In this document: piece by piece, positions 11,201 to 24,029 of the stretch
Layout of the letters: each line of letters opens with the position of its first letter
Position numbering within the stretch: the stretch's first letter is position 1
Origin: Klebsormidium nitens
Taxonomy: Eukaryota > Plantae > Klebsormidiophyceae
DNA length: 64,000 nucleotides
Reading direction: 5' to 3'
Assembly: GCA_000708835.1 (NCBI GenBank)
Contig: DF237060.1
Location: 62,001-126,000, forward strand
Notes under the pieces: model-generated
The model's database searches: none
Told to the model about the DNA's origin: nothing
What the model saw: only the letters and a program-made list of their open reading frames with translations
Translations under genes and position numbers: made by a program

Positions 11201-14200
11201 AACGGAAGGACAAGCGGGGCCCCATCGAGAGCGGAGCGGAGACTGCCCCCACCGAAGGCGACGGCAATGCCCGTCAACCCGGCGAGCAACAGGGCCTCAC
11301 GGAGAGAGACCGGGATGACGTCAGCGGGGCGCCGAAGAGGGGCCTCCTGCGAAAGGCCCTCCGTTTGAAGCGTTCAAAGAAGGGGAAAGCTGTGAAGGAG
11401 GAGGTGGCTGACGGTGCGACAGAGGCCGTGACACGGGGCGAGCCGGCAATGGATGAGGAAGCTGCGGCGGCAACGGGACGTTGCCACGTGGCATATAAGG
11501 CACGTGCCAAGGACACGCCCGTGAAGATCACGTTGGAAGGGGTCAAGATCGTCGTGCGCCCAAAGGACGGTGACGTCAGCACCCCGAATAGAGATGAGGG
11601 CGCAAGGCAGGCGGACATGGGTACCCCTGCTGAAGTGACGTCAGCAGCAGGTGAGCTCTATTGTGCACACTTTCCTGACGATGGGTTCGTTCCCCAGCGT
11701 TCTCTTGCGAGCAGCTTTGTGGGAGTCTCTGTGACCAGAGAAGCTTCTTGCTTGTGGGAGTCTCTGTGACCAGAGAAGCTTCTTGCTCCTTGTCGCTGAA
11801 GTCATGCGGACTTTTTGGTTTTGTGAGCAGTAGTACTGGCCTCCTTTCTTCGCGCCCTTTTTCGACGGCAAACTTTAGGGACCTGAGAAGCGAAGGTGAC
11901 GGTCGTGTATGTGATGAAAGAAGCACTGGAAGCACGAAGGCTGGGAATTCTTGCTTCCTTTGTTTCACTGTGGGTCTTTAGTAGCGGGGTACAAAACGAC
12001 TGGTCACACTGCGCTTGTTGGCAGTCAAGTCGACGTTGGCCGTCCATGTTTCGACGGCTGTCTGTGTTTCAGCTTTACCTTCCCGACTCAACTATCACTC
12101 AATCAACCACGGGATTCGTCCTCCTATATTAATCTGGTCTGGACACTTCTGGCGGCCACTTGGCAGGTTCGTGTACAAAACAAGCTCAGCAAGATCGTAA
12201 AAGCCGTGCATCCTCAGGACGTGTTCCTTTCCACAGGTGCCCAACTCGAAGCCGCGCCCTTCGATCGTCTTCCAGTCCCGACGACCGACGACAAGCTGCG
12301 GCTCCTCGCGGCCGCCCTCGAGCGGGCGCACCAGAGCGCGCCCCAAACCGTCAAACTCTCGCCCCAAAAGGCAACCACTTTCCGCGAAACTGCACTGCCC
12401 AGGTCGCCCAGATTCTCCCCTTGTGCGACAAGCTCCCCGCAGCTGCTGTCTTTGTACGGGCGGAGTCCGGTGGGGTCGGCGGAACGGCTGGAGGAGGTCC
12501 GGCAGCGGATGGAGGCGCGCGCGCGCGTTTTGGGCGACCAGGGACACGTGCCAAGGGCTGCGCGCAGGCTGCAGATGGACGGCGCGGTCGCCGCGAACGG
12601 GATTGTGACTGTCGGCCGGGAAGGCCTGTCTGGCGAAAGTGTGGGGCCAGACAAACAAGAATCGAAGAAAGGAGATGCTTTTGAACATTCGATGGAAACG
12701 GAGGAGGGGTCTCAGCAGAGTCCAAGGGTTGAAATAGTCGGTGATGAGGAGAAGTGCAGCGAGAAAGGGGCTGACTCTGTAGACCGAAGAGCGGATTCGG
12801 CGGTCGAGAAGTTCGACGCTGCGAAACAGACGGAGGAAGCGAACGGAACGGAACGGGCGGAAGACGTCAAGGAAGCCGAACCGTCAAATCCTTTAACCCC
12901 TGCTGACGCCGCCAGCTTTGAGGCGGCCGGCAGCGCGCTAAACCCCCAAAGCCCGCCCGCCGCTGCTCAGGCCGAAGCACCCGAAGCGCCGATCGTCCCT
13001 GAGTCCGAGGAGACAACGGCAGCGCAGGAAGTGGAGGCTGCAGGCATCGTGACGGCAGCAAGGGCAGCGCAGGAAGTGGAGGTCGACGACGTGATGACGT
13101 CAGCGAATACAGGATCGATTATGAGCTTGAGCCCGCCTGAAAGGTGTGTCGACAGCCAGAGGGAGCCTGGGTCTCCTGAGGGGCCCTTTGGCGGCGCCGC
13201 CGCTTTCTTCCGGGGGGTATCGTTCCGGCCGGTTTCTAACCCCCCCAGAGGTCTGATTTCCTGCCTGCCAAACGGGCTGATTGGATCAACCGGGCACAGA
13301 GACCGGTCATTGGCGTCTACACAAAACGACAGGTTGCCGGGCACACAAGAGGCGGAAACGGAAGCGGACGCGGAAGTGGATGAGAAGGCAAGCCTAGACA
13401 CTGCGGATACCTCTGTTGGAAAGGGCAGCGGCGGTTGGGGCGCAGTCACCGAAGGCGACCTCCTCCCTGTGGAAGAGACGGTCGGGTCGCCTGCTAGGCG
13501 TGGCGACAAGTCGGGGGCAGACGGGGCCGAGCGGTCGCCGGAAGAGACTTTCCGGGGCGCTGCGGCGTTTTTCCTCCGGGCAAGTGTCACGCCGAACAAG
13601 GTGCCAGCATCCAATGGACTCCGTTCCGCTCTGCGGGAGGACTGCTTGCCTGCTGCCGCCGGAGTCTCCACCGCCCGTTCCGCCAGTGATGAGCGGAGCC
13701 CCGTTCCGGTCGAGTCAAGCGCTCCCCAAGCCTTCTTAGCAACAGAACCAGACCAGAACGGAGCAGCCCCAAAGCGGTGTGATCTGGAGACCCCCCCAAA
13801 GCGGGACCAAGACAGCAACGAGGGGTCCGAGGATGAAAACAAAGTGGGGGGAAGTGTCGCGGCCTCGCTTCAGGGGGTTGCTCACCCGCACGCAAGAAAC
13901 AATTTCCCCGAGGAGAGACTTCCCAACGCAGCCGCGTTCTTCGGGCGGCGAGCCGCGGCCACTCCCGTCGCGCCACGTGTCACGCTGCCGCTGCAAGAGC
14001 TCAGGGGGTTTGCGAATAGGGCTAATGAGGACGGTTCCGGGAAGGAGAACGGCTTAGACAAACGAAAGGCGAAGAAGGGTGCTCTTACCGGACAAACGGA
14101 AACCGGGGTGAAAACCTCAGAGGGGCAGGCGGCAGAACAGTCCTCTAGGATGCAGAAAAGCGGGACGATAAAAGATCCTCTTCCGCTCCTTCCGTTGGGT

Positions 14201-17200
14201 CCCTCCGTTCTGGTTCCAGCGGAAACCCCTCCCAGTTCGCCGGCAGAAGCTCCGGGGCTGACACGCGACGTCACTGCCCCGGTCGGTGACGTCACTCCCG
14301 TGGCGCCGGCGGTCACGGCGCCCGAGATGCCGCAGGGGACCGTTTCTAACGCCACCGTGCGGAGCCCTGAGGGGCAGCACCAGCTTAGAATCGGTATCCC
14401 GGATGAGGCGGTCTCGCGGCTGCCAAAGCCCGATTCCAAAGAAGAGGTTCCCCTTCCGCCTCGCGAGTCTGAACGCGACCTTGTCAAAGTAGTTGGGCCG
14501 CAGAATGATGAGCATAATACCGAGGGCCGAAGGAGGGGGTCTGTGCTTGAGATGGTGAGGCAACGCGAGGCAGCGGGGCGGGAGAAACTGGAGGATACGA
14601 CGACTGGACCAGCTCAGGAGAGGAAGAGGTGAGCAGGACTGGAGAAGAATTTACAGCAATGAGTGCGGGGCTCGAGGCTGAGTTCCATGTTTTATCCGAC
14701 CCTCACTGATTCGTGAAGGTAGACTCCCCACTTCTGTAAAGCCTCTCTCGGCCAGCGAGATAACCTGTGTACACGTTGAAGCAGCTAGCTAGCCCCCCAT
14801 CTGTAGGTCAGATGGATCGAACAGAACCCTTGTAATTCTTGCTTTCGCTACCTTCCTTTCCAGACTTGTCTTTCATTGCCGAATCCGATCTTGCAAGCGA
14901 ATATGTGCCTAAGTGACTCTCCAAAACCAGAAGCAGAGCTCTCGTCCACACAGCTGCTTTGCAATTGATGCTGGTCGCCGTCACTCAATCTTTTCAATCC
15001 ATTGTGCAGCCCGGTGAAGGTGCCAACGCGACAGATCGCGCCCGACGCGGCGGCCGCCTCCGCGGCCGCGGCCGCGGCTTCGGCTCCGCAGCTGGACGCG
15101 CTGATGCGCGAGAACGAGCGGCTGAAAGCGCAGGTGGTGCTGCTGCAGGAGGAGAAGCACCGGATCGCCAAGCAGGTGAGCGGAAACGGAAAGCGGAACG
15201 GAAGTCGAGCAGAGCAGAGTCCTGTTTTCTGAAAAGGTCCGAATGCGAGTAGGAAACGTGGGCGAGATAGTGATTCGAAGGAAGAATAGCAATCCAATTG
15301 CTAAAGGAAACGAGAGTGTCGGGAGCAGTTAGTAGAGCTGTTAACAGGCCTGATGTGCAGTGCCGCCTCCGTTGATTTGCAGCTTGATCTTATGCCTCGC
15401 TGCGAAGTCTTCAAACTCGAGAAGTGAGTCACATTCGAAAGAATCTGAAGGAGCCGGCTCTGAACAGATGGCTTCGACTATTAGACCCTCTCACTAACCC
15501 CATCTAATTTATCCTCTTTCTTTTTCAAGGAATCAAACAAACGACTAGCCACAGCATTAAACAAGTAGCCAAGATTTTCAGGCGTTTTAACTCTGTTAAT
15601 TGGTCCAATAAGCCTTTTTTTCTCCCCCCAGATGGAAGCCAGCAGTCTGAAGGCCAACGGCAACGCCGCCTTCGCGAAGGGCAAGTTCGACGACGCGAAG
15701 CGCGCCTATAACCGGGCGCTGGAGCTGCGGGTTAACGATAACCAGTTCAACGCAGTCATTTACACCAACCGCGCGGCCGCGAACCTCGCGCTGGGCGCGA
15801 CCATGGACGCGCTCGCGGACTGCGCGGCCGCGCTGCGCATCGATCCAAAGTGCGCGGGGGCGGTGCTGAGAAAAGTGGACGCGTGTCTCGCGATCGGGGA
15901 CTGGCAAGCGTGAGTGCGCTGGATTGACACATGCCGGATGTGCTCGAAATGTGTCTCTTCTACATGCTTCTTTCTTCATGTTTCACGTCTTCGGCTTTCG
16001 TCCGGCGCCTCGACTATGGAGAAAGGTACTCCAGGAAACCGTCGACCAGTCGTTAAGTAGCGACTGTCTTCGACCAAGCTAGAAGGAGAGATTGAGCTGG
16101 TCTGCTTAACGGAAATTTTGTGCCCAAAAGCAGATTGGCTGTCACATATTGGCAGTGTGAACGAGTTCACGGTCTCTCTTCTTCTTGTCTGCTCGGATGG
16201 CGACTGATCGACGCCTCTATCTCCTTTACTTTCCATGGGTCTTTTTAGACTTTGATTAGTCGGCTCCTTTGACCAGGGATTGATTAGTACCTACCGTCTG
16301 TTAGTACGTACCTACCGTATTTTTGCAGCCATTCATCACCCAAATGTCTAGATGGGCTTCCAAGCCCCGCATGCCCTGTCTCTGAGAACTTACTGGCTTG
16401 CTCTCGTTCCTGGTGTTCAGCGCCCTGAGCGACCTGTCCGCCCTCGAGAAGGCCGGAACCGGAACGGAAGACGTCCGGCGGAAGATGCACGACCTGAAGG
16501 CCAAGATGTGGCGGGCCCCCGCCCAGCTAGACTTCTACGGCATACTGGAGCTGAGCCCCCGTAGCAACACGACAGCTGTCAAGAACGCGTACAAGTGAGC
16601 GCTGTGGTCTTCTATGCTTTTGAAGCAATGGAATGCATTCCTTTCCCGTAAAAAACGATTACTACTTGCATATTCCAGCGACCATTCTTATTATTTTTAT
16701 GTCCTCGGTATGGGAAAAGGAAAAGGACAGCCTTCTTTCTGGATAGCTCGTGTGCAAACAGGATTCTTATAAGCTTACACTTTCCAGGCTACATTCGGAA
16801 AAAGTTTTTCTGAGTTGTGAGAGCGTGGATCATAACGAGCGCGTCCTTTGAACATGCTACGAACGACTGCAGCGCTTGCATTGAAGAAAGCGCTCCCGCT
16901 CAAAATAAGAAAGCTTTTCTTTCACTGACTTCAGATTCGTCTGCCGTACATGACGAGACCAGTCGACCACATCTACGAGACGAAATTTTCCTAAGGCTTT
17001 CTGCTACTACATCGTCGTCGTTCCAACTGTTCTTAAACCCCCAAATCTCTCGGCGCAGGCGGCTGGCGCTCCGCTACCACCCCGATCGCGCGGGGCCGCA
17101 TGCAGACCTCGTCTTCCAGTATGTTGCGCGCGCATATCAGGTCGGTTGGTTACTTATTTCGCGTCTGGGAACGCGCCGCTCGGAGGCTCTTGAGACATTT

Positions 17201-17578
17201 ACTTGGGCCTTGCCAAGTTAAGAAGCGGGTTTCCTTAGCTTGCACAGTCTTTGATCATGATCTCGTCAAGGTACCAGAGGGAACCCGTTTTTCCTTTGTG
17301 GGCCAGTCACTTTTGCACTCTATAAAGAATCAATTCACTTCAAAGAGATGATTCTCCGACTACCATTTGCCACAAAGGCAAAGTGCCGTCGTGGAAAGTT
17401 CGAATTTCTCTTGGACGCGTTGAACCCCTAGATTGCTTTGCTTCTCATCCCTCAGCGGAAGAGTCCGGTTGATCAGGAAAGTCTGACTAGGTATGTGTTG
17501 CTTCTGAGCGTGCAGGTGTTGTCGAACCCCGTCGACAAGAAGAAGTACGATGCCCAACTGCAGCGCGCTCTACAATAA
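8277..17578 (+). CDS. Giant multi-exon TPR + DnaJ (J-domain) protein with long disordered N-terminus, at least 1811 aa (5' end uncertain)
   Basis: Phase-consistent GT-AG exons: 8277(or earlier)-8952, 9250-9447, 9738-9787, 10294-11650, 12237-14628, 15010-15175, 15632-15909, 16421-16594, 17059-17140, 17516-17578 (5436 nt). The C-terminus has a coiled coil (LMRENERLKAQV), TPRs (LKANGNAAFAKGKFDDAKRAYNRAL; AVIYTNRAAANLALG) and a J domain (DFYGILEL...KNAYKRLALRYHPD...VLSNPVDKKKYD). The frame is open back to about 7974, so the true start is not fixed. Confidence 0.85.
11717..11786. repeat. Exact 35-bp tandem duplication in an intron
   Basis: TTGTGGGAGTCTCTGTGACCAGAGAAGCTTCTTGC twice, at 11717 and 11752. 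Confidence 0.95.
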
Positions 17579-19092
17579 GACGTGGCAGATGTCAGTTCTC
17601 GACAGGCATGCTCAATTCTCAGCACCGGTTTTCAAGCTAAGCGGGCGAGAAGTGGCTTTATCTATGTAGAAAGGTGTGGCGTTCTTCTGCTCGCGTCAAG
17701 GGTAGGGGTTGTATCACAGGTTCCATCTTGAGTTACGACTTACTTGGTTATCATGTATGGGTTTTTGGGTGAAGAGAACTGGTTAGAAGAGTTCATATAG
17801 TCGACAGGTCAATTGCTTTATATTTACTGACGGACGTAGGTGCGGATAATGTATAATAGTAGGTCCTGACCTGAAAAGACGCTTCTGCGTGAAGTTGAGG
17901 AGATGATTGCTGGATTCAGCCCGGACGTTCTATACAGCAAGCCAGCCTCATACATAATCATCGATGGACTGGCCTGTGTTGTCTACGAATTTTCATGCGT
18001 CCGGACCCGTGTATGCGCGTGTGGTCCAAAAGCCAATCGAAGCTAGAAGGCGCAAAGGCCGGATGTCTGGCCAGCCGCCGTGGGCTTTCAATGGCAAGTG
18101 TGACATATGACGTCTCGATTGAACGGTAGTTGGGAGAAATGATCCACAACAGGCTTGCCTTTGGATCGCAAGAGTGCAACATGACGAATACAGCCTCTGT
18201 GACCCGTGGGCATCCGAATTACCATAATTTTGATTCCACCTTTCGTAGCGCTAGCTTGCATGATACGATTCATTGCCTGACATCCCTATAGCTTAGACCC
18301 CGCCGCATGTCTTGCCCAGATTTTCGCGAGAATCGTGCAGAGTGCATGTCAGGCTACTCTTGTCTCTGTGGAACGGTTGCATGAGTCATGCATCTTTGAA
18401 GTTCGAGCTTGTCTTCACTTCAAGACAACGTACTTTCGCAAGGTGGCGCCACTTTGCGTCATGCATCGCTTCCCAACTACATGGCCGCCGCGCTGGCTCT
18501 TTAGTGCGGCGTGTGCTTTTGATGCTCTCAAGTCATAACCTTTGCTCGAGAACAGGGATAATGTTTTCTTAAAATTTTGCACTGATCTTATCTGTTCTTC
18601 GTCACGCAAGAGTGCTGACCAAAATCTAGAGAGCAATCGAAATGGGTTAGCTCGTGGCGTCATCATTGCGTCACAACGTCAGTCCGGGAGCTGTCTATAC
18701 AACAAGAGATTGAAAAATTTCTACTAAGCATGCTGGCAGTCGCGGCCTCAACTTCGCAGACGTAGACCCTACTACATCTTTCAAGAGAGAGAGCCTTTTG
18801 CCTTGCCAGTAGGCTAGGCCCGTGTCACGTCGATTGAACATGTTGGCTCGGCAGCGTCATGTGGCTGCCCCGTCGCGCTGCGCCCGGCGCGCGTGGCCGC
18901 GTGCCCTCGGACGTCCGACGCATCGGTAACCTACTGTAGTACTCAATCCAGCTCGGACGTACTACCTAACCCTCCAAGAATCGCCGGGCCGCGGCCGCGG
19001 CGCGCACGATTGGAATCGTCAGGGAGAGCAGTTAGCGCAGCAGCCGCACACTTTGTACAGCCTGTTGGGCACTACTGCTGAGAGCGGCAGCC

Positions 19093-20133
19093 ATGGACAC
19101 TCTCCCGAGCGACGTGCTGCTCGCGATTGTTCACAAGCTGGCAGCCCAGGACCCGCTCGCCCTGCTGACTGCCACCTGCGCCTGCAAAGCAATTCTCCGT
19201 GTGACTGAGGACAACGAGGGGGTCTGGAGGGACATCTTTTATGGCTCAGAAATGGGCCTGATTTCGGAGACAGATCGTCAGTCTATAGCAGGGGAAAAGG
19301 GGGGTTCCAGCTGTCTGGATGCTGAGTTACAGTCAGTAACGGGCGGGTTCAAGCAGCTGGTGGCAGCGCGGTATGCGGCAAAGTCAATGACCCCGGTTGA
19401 ACAAAACCAAGCAAAAAGGTTCTGCTTGGGCATTGGCGAATCATACGCGTTCCGCAAGGATCCTCTGAGCTCACCGGATAGCTTGGAGGCCAACAAGATC
19501 CTGCTCTTACTTCGGCTGCAAGGCAGCGTCGTCTTGTGGGGAGTCCATACGCCACCGGTCGTCTACCCGGACTCGTTGCCTGTCGGATCCCCAGGGTTCA
19601 AAACAAAGTTACAACCCGTGTTTACAACTGACCACTTTTTGGAAGCCATGCAAGAGGCACGTGGTTGCCTTTGCCCGACACGTGGCACGAAGGGCCTCTG
19701 TGGGAAGGTGTGCCTTGAGCTCTATGAGCTGCAGCGGCAACGACCCGGCGGGCGTGCCTTCGTGGTCGAGAGGCTGTGGAGTGGACCTCTCAAACTCTCC
19801 AATCCTCTGACCTGTTTCTATGAGGCGCTTCAAGTTCTCTTTAGGATCGACGGCCGGATCTACCCGACCTGCCCGCCTAGGCCTGTCAGATATTCGAGAT
19901 CCGGCTCGTGTGAAGAATCTCTGAGGGCGATTGTGAATCTTGGAAAACGACCGGCGTCAGAAAGTGAGAAGCGGAGGTGGAAGCTTCAGATAAACCAGAT
20001 TAGAATTTGGAGAGAGGGCGAGCCCAAATTTTGCTGCTCGGCGTGCTCGGCGTGCGCCGAGTCAGACTTGGCGTTGAAGAAGCTGAATCTCGTGGTGGAG
20101 ATATATACGTCGTATAGCCATTTGGGAACCTGA
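19093..20133 (+). CDS. F-box-like family copy 1 (intact, intronless, 346 aa)
   Basis: N-terminus LPSDVLLAIVHKLAAQDPLALLTATCACKAILRVTEDNEGVW fits the F-box pattern LP.E/D...I...L......CK.......W. Family motifs LDAE.ES.GGFKQLVAARY, RLQGSVVLWG, KGLCGK, LWSGPL and FCCSAC are present. Confidence 0.85.
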   Translation: MDTLPSDVLLAIVHKLAAQDPLALLTATCACKAILRVTEDNEGVWRDIFYGSEMGLISETDRQSIAGEKGGSSCLDAELQSVTGGFKQLVAARYAAKSMTPVEQNQAKRFCLGIGESYAFRKDPLSSPDSLEANKILLLLRLQGSVVLWGVHTPPVVYPDSLPVGSPGFKTKLQPVFTTDHFLEAMQEARGCLCPTRGTKGLCGKVCLELYELQRQRPGGRAFVVERLWSGPLKLSNPLTCFYEALQVLFRIDGRIYPTCPPRPVRYSRSGSCEESLRAIVNLGKRPASESEKRRWKLQINQIRIWREGEPKFCCSACSACAESDLALKKLNLVVEIYTSYSHLGT

Positions 20134-21093
20134 GATCCCTCCCGTAGGCTGGCAAACTAAAACCCTGGAACAGTTCGAACGGCATCTAGATACACATAAT
20201 ATGCGACATAAACACCTTCATCTGGAAGCGTACTCGATCCGGGCAAGTAAGCTGATGTAAAATGCAGTTGCTCCTTATTGGGAGCGCGCTAGCACGGGCC
20301 AGCAGGCGTCCGTACGAGCTTCTTTGGTGTGCACTGATGCTAGTACGGCTCTTGTCCATCTACAGAATTATGCTACATCATATCAATTCAAGTTCCGGAT
20401 CTCTTTGTTTTTAGACCGATCACGACCGAGGCCCCCGGCCCGCATGTCATCTAATCACGGCTTTATTTGCAAGTAAAAGACGTTCGACGGGATCTTTCTA
20501 GTTTCGATCAGTGCGACGCGCGACCTCATGCTTGATAATGCGCTGGATGTGCGTACATCAGGCCGAGAATCTAACCTTTATTTTTCCTCGACAGTTTCTT
20601 ATGGTCGCTCCACGAATTTTCGTCTCCAGTGATCTACGTATACGTTCTTCATGCATACAGGTTCCGACTCCTTCAGTTGGCTTTGAGACTCTGATTTCGT
20701 CCCGTGTTTCTAGTGAAGACGAGCTTTATCGATTGGCTTACTTTTCCTGAGATAATGTCAGGACTAATCGACAAAGTACAACGTTCTTCCAGTCGTCGGC
20801 TACTTCGCTATGTGTGCACCTAGCTTGTCATGTCCCCTAAGGGAGAGCCGGATCCCTCTATGGCGCAGCCATGATTTCAATAGCTACCGTTGCTTTATCG
20901 CTTATACCAGTTTTTGGAGCAGCGCGGAAGCTGCCGCGGTCGCGGCCGCCGGAGCGCTTGACCGTGCAAACCCTTGTTTACTTAAGAGTTGAGCCGTGCG
21001 CGGCCGCGGCGCGCCGCGAAATCCTGAAGGGGCAGATCCAAAGTTTGTACAGCCGCTGTAACAACGTGTTAGGCAGAAACCAGGGCGACCGCC

Positions 21094-22095
21094 ATGGAGT
21101 CCCTCCCAAGCGACGTGCTGCTCGCCATTCTCTACAAGTTGGCAGCCCAGGACCCGCTCGCCCTGCTATCTGCCGCCTGCGCGTGCAAGGCGATTCTTTG
21201 CTTGATCAGAAGCCATTCCAGCGTCTGGAAGGACATTTTCTACGGATCGAGGATTGGGCAAGAAACGGAAATTGCGGAAGCGCAATATAACTTTGAACTT
21301 GATGCGGAAATAGAGTCACTGGGCGGGTTCAAACAGCTGGTGGCAGCGCGGTATATATGCCGCAAGGCTTGCTACACATTACTCCTGTGTTGAACAAACG
21401 CAGGCGAGATGCGGCGGCTGGTTAGGCACTGGTTTTCGCGCTGACTCCTCACAATCAGACGCTCTTTTGGCGCCCGATAAGCTCCTGATCGTGGTTCGCT
21501 TGCAGGGCAGCGTCGTCTTATGGGGCCTCCAGACGACGCCGAGCGATGCGCCCTACTTTTTCAGGACAACCGCTGACCTGGGCGTGCCACCTGTACCGCG
21601 ATGCACAGACTCGGACTCTAAGATCCTGAAACCCATGAAAACTTTCCATGCTCGTTTGCAACCCGTGGGCACGTCTGACCAGCTCTTGGAAGTCATAAAG
21701 GAGGCACGTCACGCGAAACTTGGAAAGATGGGCTTATGTGGGAAGATATGCCTTGAGGTTTATGAGCTGCAGCCGCGAAAATCCGCGGGGGAGGTTTCAA
21801 GGTTGCGAGTTTGTGGATTGGACCTCTCAAATCTTCGAGGATCTTGACCGACAGGGCGCTTGTTTTTCACCTCAACGGCCATCTCTTGCCGACGAGCCCG
21901 CCTGCCGACTCTGGCGCATGTGAAGAAGCACTGCACGCATTTGTGAGCGTTGGGTGGCGGTCGACGTCATTCCATGAACAGCAGAGAATAAGGGACTGCA
22001 TAAACTTGTTACAGCCAGGGTTCTGCTGCGCGGCGTGCGGGTTAGACTGGGCGTCGAAGAAAATGATACTCGATGCGGAGATACGCACGTTTTGA
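21094..22095 (+). pseudogene. F-box-like family copy 2 (two frameshifts)
   Basis: MESLPSDVLL start. A 4-nt TA-repeat expansion near 21350 (CGGTATATATGCC) shifts the frame, and a second shift lies near 21795. All family motifs are present across three ORFs. Confidence 0.8.
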
Positions 22096-23066
22096 AACGC
22101 TTATTCTTCAACTTTGGCGATACGGTCGTGAATTCTTGAACGATTTGGAGGATTACATTATTCCAAGATGCGAGAGACATATTAGCAACACCAATAAGGA
22201 GGCATACTTTTTGGGAGTCCCTTGTTTATTTTTCCTCCGCTCCGCCCGTTGTTCTCGAAGCTTACCGATAATAGCTTCGGAGCTTCTTTTGGCAGAGGTC
22301 GATGCACCCAAAGCATGTGGGTCAATTGGATAATTCTTTAATTCCATAATTAGGAACTCTTTTAGTCTTTTCTCTGATGACGCGGCCGAGGCAGGTGGAA
22401 TTACATTCCAGAGGAGACGACTCTCCTTGAGGATATAACAGTCTACGTCTGCCGACGTAGGCGGAGAAAACCAGCTTGAAACGACTCCAGTCTCAAATTC
22501 CTGTACGGTCCTGCTGCTCAAGAAATCCCGGAATGAACCTCGTTTCAATAACTGCCATCAATATTATGTCGGCCGAAATCAATGATCCGCACAAAGTAAC
22601 TGGAGAAGTCAGCATCGATGTTGCTTGGAGTGAGTAACCATGTTGCTTGGAATGAAAACCAAAGCTCCAGCGGCTGTCAGAACAGCTTGCAACATACTGA
22701 AAACGTACTGATGTATCGTACCGTGCCTTGACACGTACATATTATTTATAAACCTTACTTTTAAATGAACGGGAAAATCTAGAAGCTTGTCCACGCCTAA
22801 TAAGGGCCAGGAATTTGATTGAACGGCCGAGAAACTTCGATCTCTGATTCGCACGAGACAGGCGATGCTAAGCGCGGCGTCGTATCAACAATGGTACAGC
22901 TGCCACGTCATGGTGAGAGGGGCGGCGGCCTCGCCACGTGGACACTCGCGAGCCGGCCGCAGCCTGAGTACTAAATACCGGCGGCGGTGACCAAGGCGCG
23001 CGCGACTCGTCGAAGGGGAAGCCCACTGAAAACAAAAGCTTTTAGGCAGGCGAAGAGCGGCGGCCC

Positions 23067-24029
23067 ATGGACACTCTTTCGAGCGACGTGCTGCTCGCGA
23101 TTGTTCACAAGCTGGCAGCCCAGGACCCGCTCGCCCTGCTGACTGCGACCTGTGCCTGCAAAGATTTCCTCAGCGTGACTGAGGACAACTCGTGGGTCTG
23201 GAAGAAGATCTTCTACAGCTCAAGGTTTGAGCAAGAAACAGAGACAGTTTTTGAGACACCAAAAGCATATTGGAGCCCTGTTCTGGATGCTGAAATTGAG
23301 TCATTGGGCGGTTTCAAACGGTTGGTGGCAGCGCGGCATGCAAAATCTGCAAACTCATCCACCTCGGTTGAACAAAGACCGGCCAAAATGCGCTGCCTAG
23401 GCACCGGCAATGATCCTCTCAAAGGCTGTCTGAAACAGGCGTGTTTTTTCGGTGAGCCCAGCAAAGCCCTAGTTTTGGTGCGTCTACAAGGGTGCGTTGT
23501 CTCGTGGGGCCTTGATACGCCCACAACCGTTAACGATTGCTGGTTCAAAATGCAGTTGCAACCCGTATCCACGAACGACCAGTTCGTAAAAGCTCTGGGC
23601 ACGACACGTGGCAGACGCAAAAAGGGTCTTTGCGGAAATATGTCCCTTGAGCTCTTTGTGCTGCAGCCACGTCCGAGTCAATCAGCACATGGATCGGTCA
23701 CAACTGCAAGGCGATGGTGTGGATCTCTGAACGTCTCAACATATCAGATTCGCAGTGAGGGGGTAGTCTATGAATTACACGGGTGGCTCATACCGACTTG
23801 CCAAGCGCCAGTTGGATCTCATGACTCGTGCGAAGAAGCACTAGGCGCGATCATCTGCCTTGGATGGCGACGGGAGACGGAAGCGGAAAAGCGGAGCTGG
23901 CCGCATCGCAGAGAGGAGCTAGGGTGTCGAACTAAAACGGGCGAGACCGAGTATTGCTGCTCGGCGTGCCAGTCAAACTGGGCGTTTGAAGAGCTAACAC
24001 TCAGAGTGTCAATACGCAGGGCGTCCTGA
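23067..24029 (+). CDS. F-box-like family copy 3 (intact, intronless, 320 aa)
   Basis: Single ORF with all family motifs, from MDTLSSDVLL to YCCSACQSNW. Confidence 0.85.
   Translation: MDTLSSDVLLAIVHKLAAQDPLALLTATCACKDFLSVTEDNSWVWKKIFYSSRFEQETETVFETPKAYWSPVLDAEIESLGGFKRLVAARHAKSANSSTSVEQRPAKMRCLGTGNDPLKGCLKQACFFGEPSKALVLVRLQGCVVSWGLDTPTTVNDCWFKMQLQPVSTNDQFVKALGTTRGRRKKGLCGNMSLELFVLQPRPSQSAHGSVTTARRWCGSLNVSTYQIRSEGVVYELHGWLIPTCQAPVGSHDSCEEALGAIICLGWRRETEAEKRSWPHRREELGCRTKTGETEYCCSACQSNWAFEELTLRVSIRRAS

Noticed and set aside
11951-12236. N-terminal part of the 893-aa ORF
   Set aside because: It lies inside intron 11651-12236. The exon begins at the acceptor TTCCACAG|12237 in the required phase 1.
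10533-14563. Numerous overlapping and antisense ORFs over the giant TPR-J gene
   Set aside because: Expected from GC-rich, stop-poor coding exons. Only one frame joins in phase with the splice sites.
16990-17030. Possible echo of the HPD exon start in the TPR-J gene intron
   Set aside because: Only about 12/16 identity over a short stretch, which is not distinguishable from chance by eye.
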